Source: Camelus ferus
Taxonomy: Eukaryota
Reading direction: 5' to 3'
Length of the DNA: 64,000 bases
Assembly (NCBI RefSeq): GCF_009834535.1
Contig: NC_045706.1
Coordinates: forward strand, 30,692,001 to 30,756,000
The notes under the pieces are model-generated. The model was not told the origin of the DNA and ran no database searches. It was given only the letters and a program-made list of their open reading frames with translations. Both the position numbers and the translations under genes were made by a program. Each line of letters opens with the position of its first letter. Positions within the stretch are counted from its first letter, which is position 1. Shown piece after piece: positions 50,418 through 62,021 of this stretch.

Positions 50418-50912
50418 TGTTACCAAACCAAACTTGGGTCTACATCACGCCAATCTACTGACACGCTGTTGTGGTGAAGGAAAGGGCAGTCTTTACTGCA
50501 GGGCACCAAGGAAGGAGGTCAAGACAGCTAATGCTCAAGAAGCCAGGGCCCCCTCCCCACCACCATGGGTTTCAGGAAAGCAGTTTTTAAAGGCCAGGTG
50601 AGGGGGTGTGGGTCACAGGGTCTATGATTAGTTTGTGCACAATTCTCCGATTGGTTGATGGTGAGATAACAGGGTGGGCACAGATTAACATTATCCATCC
50701 TTAGGCTCTAGGAGGCCTGGGGGCTTTGTGTTCCTGGTCATCAAGTAGTCTTCCATTTGGTGGGAGTTTTAGCATCTGTTAAAAAAAAAAAAAAACTCAG
50801 GAAATGTGCATCCCATAAAATTGTTATCTGGGTACATGAGAGAGGAGCTAAAGCAGAGGATAATGGGGAAGGGTCTGTCCTGGGAAGGCGCAGAGGGTCC
50901 TGCTCGGTTACA
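50418..50912 (-). mobile_element. ERV1-class solo LTR, 495 bp, related to 30875-31322
   Basis: Minus strand begins TGTAACCGAGCAGGACCCT, as does the other LTR. 4-bp TSD GGAG at 50414-50417 and 50913-50916. Confidence 0.88.
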
Positions 50913-53710
50913 GGAGTTTCTGGGTTTTCTAAAACCCCTGCCCCTTTGTGATGAACTGGACAAAGTCCTTAAGTCTCTCTGACAATCCTGCCTGGTGTGG
51001 AGAAGGGAGGGAAAGCCACAGGAGGGCACAGGTAACTATCCCTGCTGAGTAGATTTTGATGGAGTTTTGCTTTCTCCTTTATTCCACTGAATAATTGGAT
51101 TTCTATGCTCGTTTCTCACGTATGAACCTCTATTATCATATTGAATGTGCTTTTGAAAAAACAACACGTGTTCCCCTCTCCCCAGATCTGGCTTTGCCAG
51201 CTGCCTGCCCTCCTCCCAGCCCTCCCCTCAGCTCTCCCCGTATTCTAGACCATTGTTTCTCAAACTTCCTGGGCAGAAGAATTGGGTAAAGAAAAAGTCT
51301 GACTCAGGGTCCTGGGAATCTGTATCCGCCCTGGTGCTTCTGCTGCAGAGGAGTCTGGGGAATGACATGGTGAGAAAGGGTTTATGAGCTAATCCAGAGG
51401 GCCACGGTGGGCTAGTTGGGAGACTCAAGAGGTTTCCCTACTGGTGAGGTGGATGGGAGACCCGGTGCGTGGGTGGGGTTGAGGGGGTTGAGACCAGGGC
51501 TTCTGTGGGTGCCCCCGCCTCTCCTACCGTCTGGTGGAAAACAGGGTGCAGTGCTTGGCTCTCCCACCTTTTGGCTCAGGGCTCAGGGCTTGACAAATCC
51601 CGGCCCAGGGGAGGGAGCAGCGTGGGGAAGGGTGACAGGGCCCAGCCGAGCATCCCCACTGTCCTTCCAGGCCTGTCCCAAGTGACAGGGCTCAGCTGGC
51701 TGAGAGCCCGATGCTTCAAAGGGTGGGCAGGTCACACTGCTGCTGGAGACTGAAGGGGGTCCTCTGGGGAAAGTACTTGTCCTCAGCCCAGCTGAGGATT
51801 GCTGTTTCCCCAAGAGGATGGGAAGTTGATACTCCTGCAGCCGCTGGGGCAGAAACAGTGCAACATGTGATTTACTTTCCAGCCTCCAACATATTTTCTC
51901 TTTCCTTCATGAGGAAATTTCCAGTCAGCCCTCCTCCAGTCATCCGCGGGGGCTGGGTCCCTGCTGCACTGAGCAGCTCGGCCTCCTGACTGAGAGCGTG
52001 GCCAGCAAAGCCCTTACTCACCCCCGCGGCACGTGGCTCTTAACATTTGCATCCAGGCCAATGGGGAGAACGGTTTCCTTTTCTCTTTTTTAAACACACT
52101 AGACTCTGTTTTAACAAGAAAGAAACAGTTGAAAGTTCTTAACCAACACTTGCATAACTGTGTTGACCCATTTACGTTAAACTCTTTAGTTCCCCCAAAT
52201 CGTAACATCTCATTCTTAAGTCATCGCTGCCACAGCTCAGAATTTGTTTGATGTCGCCCAGAAAACCAACTCCAAATGCTGTGGACATTCATGGACTGAA
52301 AGGAATAAGAGCATGACTGACTCCTCCTTCATTTCAGACGACATCTGCCGTTTGTTCGCTCCACGAGGAAAACTGGAGAACTAAGGGGCCTTGGGATTCT
52401 TTCTCTATAAAGTTTCTTTCTGAGATGTGGGCCGTCTGTTTTAGGCTTGGGTGGGGTCCACCGGGAGACTGTTATTTTTCTATGAAAATACAGGGCAAAG
52501 TTTCCCCATTATTGTCACACCGTAATATTTTGGCATATTTCTAGCATTTGTAATATGAAAGAAAAAGGGTTCCTGGTTTAGTCACCTCCTTTAAAGGAAA
52601 TTGGCTTGTGGTCTGACTGAACTGTTCTTATTCCCTGTGTAGGAGGCCAAGACATCATTTCCCAGTTTCTCACAGTATTTTGTATCCAAGCAACATCACA
52701 GAAAATAAAGCACACCAGGCCAGGCATGCCTTCGCAGTCCTATAGAGTTCAGACTCACCCAGAGGGGGTGTTTTCTTTGACTTACATTGAAGGCTCTTAG
52801 AAGTTGTAACAGTTTGCATTTTTCTTCAACTCAGCCTAGCTGTTAAAAATATTTGGGGATTAAAGTATTTCCAGGCTTTCATCTAAACACATACTATCAG
52901 AATGTGTTTTTTTTCCAGAAGAAGGAAATTTAAGCTCTCTTTTATGTCTCCCTCCTGCCCTCCCTTCCTCACCCAAGCATAAGAATTTCATGATGAAAAA
53001 GCAAATCTTAGGAAACAGGACTAAAGATTTCTGAAAGCAGGAGTTGATGTCAGACTCTGTGATTGGCTTTTATTTTATTTCATTCCTGGTTCATTTTATG
53101 GTACACCCCTCTCACACCTTCTCATCGGGAAGGGAAAGCAGCAGATACTGGTTGAGTCAGAATGGAGGTTGTGAAACTATTCAGGACCATAAAGGGCCAG
53201 CAGACTGGCTTTGTGTTTTAGGCACACCTGTTCTCTCTAGTTAGCCACAAGCCCCACCACTCCCTATTGTATCACACAATGCTCACTGTATCCTGCATTT
53301 CTGTTATTGGCCTAAATTCTCCTCCTGACACCCTGTGTGAATTTAAGTTTGACTCATGCCATTAAAGGCCAATACTTTTGAGGACATAAAGCTTGCCTAG
53401 TATTCTAGATTATTCATCATGGACACATTCAGGATATTTTCCCCCTTAAATCAATGAATAAAGCCTTTAAAAGAAGAGAAAAGAAATATTTAACATGAGA
53501 TAATTTTCTGAATGGACATATGTAGAAACATCACCTTTATGAGCCAGGAGCAGAATTTTAGAGCTGAAAAGGGTCTGAGAAATTATTTATTTCAATCCAC
53601 TTGTTTGTGGATAATGAAGGATAATGAAGTGGGCTCAGAGAGTTGGGTAACTTAGCCAAGGCCTTGAAGTTGGGACACAGAATTAGGGCTAGAACAGGAA
53701 TTGTCTAACC

Positions 53711-53887
53711 CAGCAGTTCTCAAACTGGGGCGATTTTGCCTGTCCGGGGATAACTGACAATGTGTAGAGATGCTAGTGGGTAGAGGCCAGAGATGCTACT
53801 GAACATCTGACAAGGCACAGGACAGCCCCCAAAATAAAGAATTATCCAGTGCAAAATGTCAGTAGTGCTGAGCTTGATAAATGCAGG
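53711..53887. mobile_element. MER20-like hAT-Charlie element (internally deleted)
   Basis: 'cagcagttctcaaactggggcgattttgcc...agtgggtagaggccagagatgct...gcacaggacagcccc...aaagaattatccag...aaatgtcagtagtgctgag'. Confidence 0.85.
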
Positions 53888-55713
53888 TCCAACCCCAGCC
53901 CAGGCCTCTTTTCACTTCAGCGTTGTCCTGGCATGCTGTTTTTTGTTGTTGTTGTTCTAAGAAGTTTTTATTATTGATAGAGACTCAGGTCATCTTGACT
54001 TTAGCAAAAGTCGGTCCATGTTCAAGGGTAGAGTGTTATTCTTTTAATCGTAAAGTTAGGTTATGAGTCACAGAAATGTGAGGAATAAAATCCAGTGTGT
54101 TTCCATGTTTTTCAAAGCGTGTACCTCATTTAGACATTTAATACCAGTCAGATAACTTTTAAACCTGTGTTTTCACATTTTGTTCTTATTTTAAAAAACT
54201 GAATTAGTCAACCCGTTGGCCTACTGTTTTCTTTTTAAAATATGGAAAGACATTCTCCTCAGGCTCACACCATGTGGGGCTGAGGGAGATGTGGCAGAGA
54301 TTTTGCCAAAGACTCTCACCTTGTGTGGGAGGTTTCCCTGTTTCATCAGGTGGGGATGGAGTCATGACCAGACTCTTGTCCTCAATATTTTAGAGGAATA
54401 AAAATCCAAGTGAGAAGAAAACATATTCGTGTAAAGAAAAATCTAACAAACATAACAAGTGAACATACATGTGTTTGAAAAATTACTCTGTAAAGTCCTC
54501 TCAATTCTCAGCACTGACTGAGAGACCTAATTTCTATGTTGACCTAGAAGGGCTGAAAAATTCACTTTTAATCCTCTGGAGGCAGAAGTTTTCTTTTCCA
54601 TTACCAATAACTGACCCTGCTTGTGCTATTAGAAGGGTGAGAATCCATCACAGTGTTGAGCATCTTGTGTGGTGGCCTGTCCAAGACGGTGTGTTTCTTC
54701 TTCTAAGAAACCATGTGCAGTGGTTCACATCATTTGGTAAATTGGGCGAGACAGGGCTCCGTAGCAATTTTCTGGTCTTGTGCAGTAAAGTATGTCTATT
54801 CATAGAAAGTGAAATCACTTACTCATACTGTTGAGTCACTGGATGTATGTGATTGGATGGCAGACCCCAGGTCTACAGTGTGGTCTGACTTCTGAGGTCT
54901 GAGTGGGGGAGGAGAATACAGATATATGTCAGTTCAAAAATAATGTGTCCATGTTGACATCAGCTTTCACTTCCTGATTTTAAAAGAAAATGTACAACAT
55001 TTTAAAATTAAAATGAATATTTCTCCACAAGGTGAACTTTCCCAATTATTATTTTTGCCTGAGAGTCCAGAGCTATTTTTATGCTCAACTATGATTTCTT
55101 CACTGTGGGTTTTTGATAGAAGGAATCTCTTCTATCACTTGGAGGACTTGATACTTAGTTTTCTGTTTTTATGCTAATGCTATGATATGCTATCATATCC
55201 GCTATGAGTTAGTATAAGTCGCTGCCAATGTAGACATGGTATAAGAAAATAACATTTAAAAATTCTTCCTATTTCTTTTTTCCTTTTTCAGTATCCATAG
55301 TGCGAACACACCCCGGGGCTCTCTTTCCTTTTTGATTGCATTTCACAAAGGGAATTCCTTCAGTTCACCCACTCTCTTACCTTGTTGCTTGTTATAACCC
55401 CCAATTTACAGACTGTATCCCACAGGTTACATTTTTACATTGACTAACTCCCTGGGGAAGTGTATTCAACAAAGTTTTTTGATCACATGCCCTGACTACG
55501 GAAGTATTTTGGGTATTCATTCTCAATATATGTAGAGTTACTCTTTCCTTCACTCACTAAATATCTATTAATAAGTGAACTATGTTCCAAGCACTGGGAT
55601 TGGAGGAGGGGACAGGACAGGGAGCAATCCTGCCTTTTGGGAGCTTCACTCTAGTAAGCAGGGACACGGGGTACCTCTGTACCAATATGTTATGTGCACT
55701 GAGAGGTAAATGG

Positions 55714-56360
55714 TCAAACCACAATGAGATATTCTCTCACACCTGTCAGAATGGCTATCAGTGAAAAGGCCACAAACAACACATGTTGGCGAGGATGTGG
55801 AGAAAAGGGGACCTTTTGTACAATGTTGGTGGGAATGTAAATTGGCAGAGATACTATGGAAAACAGTATGGAGGTTCTCAAAAAACTAAAACTAGAACTA
55901 CCATATGATCCAGCAATTCCATTTCTGGGTATTTATCTGAAGAAAACAAAAACACTAACTCGAAAAGATACATGCACCCCAATGTTCGTAGCAGCATTGT
56001 TTACAATTATCAAGATATGGAAGCAACCTAGGTATCCATCAACAGATGACTGGATAAAGAAGATGTGGTGTATATGTAATGAATGGAATGTTATTCAGCC
56101 ATAAAAAAGAATGACATTTTGACATTTGCAACAACCTGGATGGACCTGGAGGTGGATAAAGAAGATGTGGTGTATATATAATGAATGGAATGTTACTCAG
56201 CCATAAAAAAGAATGACATTTTGACATTTGCAACAACCTGGATGAACCTGGAGGGTATTATACTTTGTGAAATAAGTCAGACAGAGAAAGACAAATACTG
56301 TATGCTGTCACCTATCTGTGGGATCTAAAAAATAAAGCAAATGAATATAACAAAAACAAA
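55714..56360 (+). mobile_element. L1 fragment (ORF2 C-terminus) with an internal 102-bp tandem duplication and TSD
   Basis: ORF 55856-56104 (MENSMEVLKKLKLELPYDPAIPFLGIY...CTPMFVAALFTI..IWKQP.YPSTDDWIKKMW) is the L1 ORF2 end. TSD AGAGGTARATGG at 55702-55713 and 56361-56372. Confidence 0.92.
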
Positions 56361-56896
56361 AGAGGTAGATGGGTAAGTGGTAGAGGCTGAATATAGTCCC
56401 TCAGGGTCCAGGAAGAGAGAGAAGTGTACACATCCAGCTTTCGAATACTGCTCCAGAGATTGTGGGTTAGCAAATTGCCCCATCAGTAAGCTGGAAACCT
56501 ACTTACACTTCAAGAAGTTCTCCTTTGGGGAGGCATTTTTACATTGGGCAATGTTTTATGGGTTCTTTTAAATTTCCATTACAGAGGAATACTTGAATTT
56601 TGTCCTACTTTTCTCTCTTCCTAGATTCTGGGGGGCTGTATTCAATCTTTCCCTCTCACCCATCGACCTCATTCATGACATGAAATTTCACAGGCACCAT
56701 AGTTTGGCTCTTGAAATGACTACTTGTGGAGAAGTGATGGCTGATATGAGATGTTTACAGCCAAAATACCCACAGGGGAGAGCACAGAATGGCCCACATT
56801 TTGTTATGAGTCATTTTAATGATAACAGATGAATAGGAGTAAATGGAAACATGTCTCTTATGTAGGTTACTGTGTGCTTTCTCATTTCTCCTGCAG

Positions 56897-57005
56897 ATTA
56901 ATTGGCACGGCAACCGTATCCCTGAAGGACCTGACTGGGGACCAGAGCAGATCACTGCCCTACAAACTGATCTCGCTGCTGAATGAGAAGGGGCAAGAGA
57001 CTGGG
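56897..57005 (+). CDS. MYOF: Myoferlin exon 4
   Basis: ctgcag|A TTA ATT... GGG|gtgagc; 109 nt; (K)LIGTATVSLKDLTGDQSRSLPYKLISLLNEKGQETG. Confidence 0.96.
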
Positions 57006-57095
57006 GTGAGCTTTCCCCTCTTGTTGAATGGCTTTGAAATGAGGTGATTAAGCAAAGGTTCAATAAGAAAAGAGTGTGAAATTATATTTAGCTTG

Positions 57096-57097
<2 letters not shown>

Positions 57098-57150
<53 letters not shown>
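57098..57150 (+). repeat. Perfect (CA)~26 microsatellite
   Basis: Uninterrupted AC repeat starting about 92 nt after the MYOF exon 4 donor. Confidence 0.97.
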
Positions 57151-57155
<5 letters not shown>

Positions 57156-58289
57156 GGTATCACCTTATCTTGTACTCTCATCACAGAATAGTGATTTTCT
57201 GGGGCAAAATGCTATGAAGAGAGTAGGTCCCTCTCTTGGTACAGCTTTGTTCATATTCACTTGGGGGTTAACATTTGTGTGGTGAGCATAGCTCTGTGTC
57301 AGACACTCTTTGAAACATTGCACAGAAGATAATTCATTAATATTACTTTGGAATATTATGATGTTAATATCATGATCTTTATTATTGCATTGGCAGCTGA
57401 ATGTTTTCTGATCACAGCCTCTCTAAATAAGTACATCTTGATATTGTCTGAAATAAGACTAAAAGGGAGAGACTCTTTTTCAAGTGTGCTTTAAAAAAAA
57501 CTGACTCAAGCATCACAGCTCTCAGATTTCTTGTGATTGCTAACAAGCACTATAAAGCTACCATGCTTGTCCCATTAAACTCTGATCCTTTAATTTTCCA
57601 AATGATTTATTTCGCTCGGGAGCCTGGGCAAAGGGAGAAAACTTAAACCTCAAGAGGCCTTCCCTGTAGGCAAGCACTCATCATCAATGCCCACTAGGAA
57701 TGTCAATTTTGCTGGTCCAGTATCCAAAACTTACAAGTTGGCTGTGAATTAGCATTCTAATCTTAAATGTAAATTGGGAACGTTGGCTGTCATCTCTCTA
57801 CCCAAAACCTGGCTGAGAGCAATGATGCTAAGGAAAGGTGGTACAAGTCAGTGATTTTTCTGGCTTTTTTTTTCCTCTTTAAAGCAGAAAAGAGCATATG
57901 TAGACCCTGAAATGGCAGAACTATGGTGATTGAATGGAGTAAGGACCTCAAGTCCTGGCCCCCTGGTATCTCCTCATCCCTGTTAGGGGGCCCTGGTTTG
58001 AGAGTTTGATTCTTTGATTACATTTGTCATTTGAACCTTCCATGATCTTTGCATTCAGTGCTCTTTTCGTGGCCTGGTTGTAGCCGTGAGATGCTGCTCT
58101 TATGATTCTCTGCCAAGAATCTGCTGTGGGGGCGTCATTTATTATCCTGTTCAGTGTCTCCCAGGTCATAGTTCCTAAGCTGGCACAGAATGTGCTGATC
58201 TATGAGGGAGTATTCACTGATGAGCAGACAGGTGGGAAAGACAAGGACAATATAGGGGTTGGGGTGTGTGCGTGTGTGTATCACATGTA

Positions 58290-58410
58290 GCAAAAGTCGC
58301 AAGTGAAAGCGTGGGATGCCCATTTAAACTTGAATTTCAAGTAAACAATGAATGATTTTTCAGTATCAGTATGTCCCAAATGTTGTCTTGTATTTTATCT
58401 GGTAACTTGG
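58290..58410. mobile_element. MER53-like hAT fragment
   Basis: 'ggatgcccatttaaacttgaatttcaagtaaacaatgaatgatttttcagtat..gtatgtccca...tattttatctggtaac'. Confidence 0.6.
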
Positions 58411-59371
58411 GTGGGGGGTGTGGGTGTGGGTGTGTGTGCTGTCCTTATTTTCAAAGGACTCTGTTTATTCTGTTTGTCCTTCTGCATTTTTGCTCTTAAA
58501 AGTCCTTTATTTTATAAAATGATCCTAACAGTAGATGGTAGTTATGGGCATGTGTTTGGCAAAATGAAAGTCGGTGACCCTGTGTTGAGTCCCCTGTAGC
58601 GAACTTTTTTGAAATTTTGTCGCGTTGAAATATAAAAGTGTAAGAAACTCTGCCCTAGAATAATGCCCCATGTGAGCAATTCAACTTAGATTTTTAAAGT
58701 GGGAAAAACCTTATCTCCTATAAGGAACTAGTATGTTTCTTCCTTTCTGATCATGAAAGCTGCATGACATTCTCTGATCTCCTTGCCCTGGCTCTCAGCC
58801 ATCTTGGGGGCACATTTCACGCAGGAGGGATGACACTTACTTCAACTGCATGATTTGCATATTTGTTTCCTCTTTACTCAGACTTGGTTCCCTGTTTTAA
58901 CCCTATTTTGTGAATCACGTTGTTCTGTAACTTTGCTAGTCACTCAACATTCTTTTTAGAGACAAGTGTGAAAATCAATTTTGGCAATTAATACGAAATT
59001 AAACAGATAAGTCAATCACTTAAAATGAGCCTCTGTGACTGTAATTCTGTGAGAGGATCTCCATCCTAGGAAGGAGGTTCTTTGCAAGTTCATGCTTGCT
59101 TGTTGCAACTTTCCTCCAGTTTATGAGCAGTGATACACTTGGCAGCCTGTACCAGGTAACTGCTTTCCAGGCACTCCCACTGCACCTGGGCTCACACATG
59201 GGAAGATATAAACAGTGGAGGTGTCATCCTTCTCTATCTCTCTCTCTGGCTTTCCCATCCCTCTGCTCACCCCTTCTAGAACTTTTCCTTCTGCTGAATT
59301 GGTTTGTGTTGAGTCCATTGCATTTTGATGCCCTGCACTGATCCTGTCTGCCATGAATTGCTTCCACCCAG

Positions 59372-59459
59372 GCCACCATTGACTTGGTGATTGGCTATGA
59401 ACCACCTTCTGCTCCGCATCCAAATGACCCCAGCGGGACCAGCGTGTCGGGCATGGGAG
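59372..59459 (+). CDS. MYOF: Myoferlin exon 5 (end of C2A, start of linker)
   Basis: cccag|GCC ACC... G|gtaagc; 88 nt; ATIDLVIGYEPPSAPHPNDPSGTSVSGMG. Exons 1-5 total 433 nt in one frame, and the gene continues beyond the window. Confidence 0.95.
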
Positions 59460-60981
59460 GTAAGCTGACCCTTCTGAAGGCCCAGCCTATACCTGAGGGC
59501 ATCTACTACAGACACACGAGGAGTGTCCAAGGAAGCTTTCCTTGTCACTGTATCATCTGTAGCTCTCTGACCACCTAGACAGGGCCCTGTGAGGCAGGTG
59601 GAGCTGTCCTGTGTTGGGACATTACAAGAGTCTACAAAATGTCCTTCAAGGCCAAGGGGACAGCAAGACAGTCCCTTCCTGAGCAGCCTCATGTGAGCCT
59701 GTCCAGCACACAGACTCCAGCAGAAGGTCCCAGGCCAGGCTTTGCTTCAGGTTTGTGGCTTCCACCTCATACGGTGTTACCTGGTTGTGAGTCTCAGGAG
59801 TGACCTCTGCCCTCCTCACATGTCTCTTCACTCCTAAAGCAGCAGGCTGTGCACTCAGCACCAGTCTCCTGGTTGTTGCCCTTGGATTGGAGCCTCTCTC
59901 TCCCTTGTCCCGACCCCCTCTCAGCCTCTGAACAGCTCCTCGGTCCTTCAACCAAGTGCTGCTCTCTGCATATCCCACCTTGTGCTCCTTGCTCCCTGAC
60001 ACGTGTTGTGGGTCACTCAGGGCCACCAGGTGCCGCTCTGGATGGGCTGGGGCTTGGCTCGGGCTAGGTTTTGGGCCGCAGGTGGAGGGAAGTCTATGAC
60101 AGTCAGGCCTTTCATAAAGCTGAGTTCGACCTCCTCTTAGCCTCTTTACAGGGTGACGTGATGCTAAACATGTCTGTGCCTTCCTCTGCCTGGAGCCACG
60201 TCCCCAGACGCCCCCATTTCCCCAGCCTTGGACCCCCTCATCCTGCTACACTCACCTGCTGCCTTGAAATTCTCCCTCCTGGGTGGGTGCCTGGCCTTTG
60301 TTCCCACCAGTCTTGGCTCCTTAGGGCCTGTCCTCTCTGTATTTCTCTGAGGCCGCCTGAGGGGTCTTCATGGCACCTCCTTTCTGCCCTGTGATGTCGC
60401 TGCCCTCTTCTGTCTGACTTCTTGTCTGCCTCAGCCTCGTCCCAGCCACTGCCTCCATTCACCCACTCTGCAGATAGCCCGATATTAAGGTTTGAAACCA
60501 TTTCTTGACCTGGTAGTTGTGAGTGTCCAGCTTGGGTCAGCTGGCCCCTTCTTTGTTGGGGACAGTTGGGGCTGACACAGACCAGCACATCAGCACTTTG
60601 CCTCCCTCCTCTGCGCAGCGGCACCATGGGCAGGCTGCTCAGTCCTTGGACTCTCCTGGCCCCACAAGGGCCCTGCAGTGGCTTGAGAATGTCCCTGGCT
60701 CCCTTTGCTGCCACAGCAGTGATGACAAATCTGACACAGAGGAACCCATGCAGTCCCGAACAACGCTCCATCAGGGGCTGAACTGAGTGGTCCCACCCAC
60801 TTCCTTCCGGCCCCTCTGCCAATGCTGGCCGTCACCAGCACTTGCATTGGCCTGGGAAGGACACTAGGTCCTTTCAAGCCTGAAAAAGGCAGCCCCCACT
60901 GGTGGGCTATCTGGTGTGGCCTCTGAATGGGGAGGATCAGGATACCTTTTCTTACACTGATGTTTTTCCTAAGCCATATCC

Positions 60982-61460
60982 TGTTTATTAGTTTCATAAG
61001 GCGGCTGTAAGAAAAGTACCACAAACCGGGTGGCTCAAATGGTAGAAATTTATCCTCTCACCGTCCTGGAGCCTAGACGTCTGAAATCAGAGTGTCAACG
61101 GTTGCTTCCTTCTAGGCGCTCAGGGAAAGTCTGTTCCCTGCCTCTTCCTGTTAGGAGGCGGTCGCGGGCAATCCTCAGTGTCCCTTGGCTTGTAGACCTA
61201 TCACTCTGCTCTCTACCTCTGTCATCACACAGTGTTCTCCCTGTATGTCTCTGTCTTCACATGGTGCTGTCTCTCTGTGTCTGTGTCCACATTTCTCACT
61301 TCTCATAGGGACACCAGTCATTGGATTGGGCCCAACCTAATCCAGTGCGATCTCATGTTAATTTGATTACGTCTACAAAGACCCTATTTCCAAATAAGGT
61401 CACGTTCTGAGGTTACAGATGAGCATGACTCTTGGGATGACACTCTTCAACCCTGTATAC
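60982..61460. mobile_element. MLT1 (MaLR) solo LTR
   Basis: 'tattagtttc...aagtaccacaaaccgggtggct...gaaatttatcctctcac...ggacaccagtcattggatt...aagaccctatttccaaataaggtcacgttctgagg'. Confidence 0.88.
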
Positions 61461-61789
61461 TGATAGATAAAAGACAGTTTCATCATGTGTTTCCATTTCA
61501 AGAGTCCAAATGTTAAATGAGCCTTTTTGTAGTACGCCTTCAGCTGGGCCTTTAGGATAAAAAATAACACTGGTTCTTTCAAGTAAAAGGGGGAAACTTA
61601 CAGTTTATGGTGAACTGGTACCACACAATTTCTTAGTATTTATGGAGTGAAGAAATTGGTTGCTGGGTCTTCTGACCTGTCGCTTGATGCTGCAGTGCTG
61701 GGGATGGTAAATTCTTTTAAACACAGCTCCTGCCCTCCAGGAACTCTCAGTCCAGGTTAGGAGACAAGACTTTTTTTCCCTGAAGGTGT

Positions 61790-62021
61790 AACATTGTGGA
61801 TAAGAGCAAGGGCTTTGGGGTCAGACTGGCCTCGGCTGGATTCTGTGTCTATTGTTATTAGTCATGTGACCTTGGGTTGGTCACTTAACCTCTCTGCATC
61901 TCAGCTTTCTTTACTGTAAGGTGGGGAGGAGAGTAGCACCGTACATCATAAAGTGGTTGCAAGGATTAAATGAGATAATGCTTCGTGGTAGCTATTACTA
62001 TTATTATTATTACTATTATTA
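61790..62021 (+). mobile_element. MIR with a (TAT)n tail
   Basis: 'ggataagagcaagggctttggggtcagac...tgtgaccttggg...cacttaacctctctgcatctcag...ggattaaatgagataatg'. Confidence 0.8.

Noticed and set aside
55856..56104. 82-aa ORF that looks like a real protein
   Set aside because: It is the C-terminal remnant of L1 ORF2, not a host gene.
59646..61024. Several 100-190 aa ORFs after MYOF exon 5, including a possible exon 6
   Set aside because: None resembles the acidic myoferlin linker expected next, and none has convincing splice sites. Exon 6 probably lies beyond the window.
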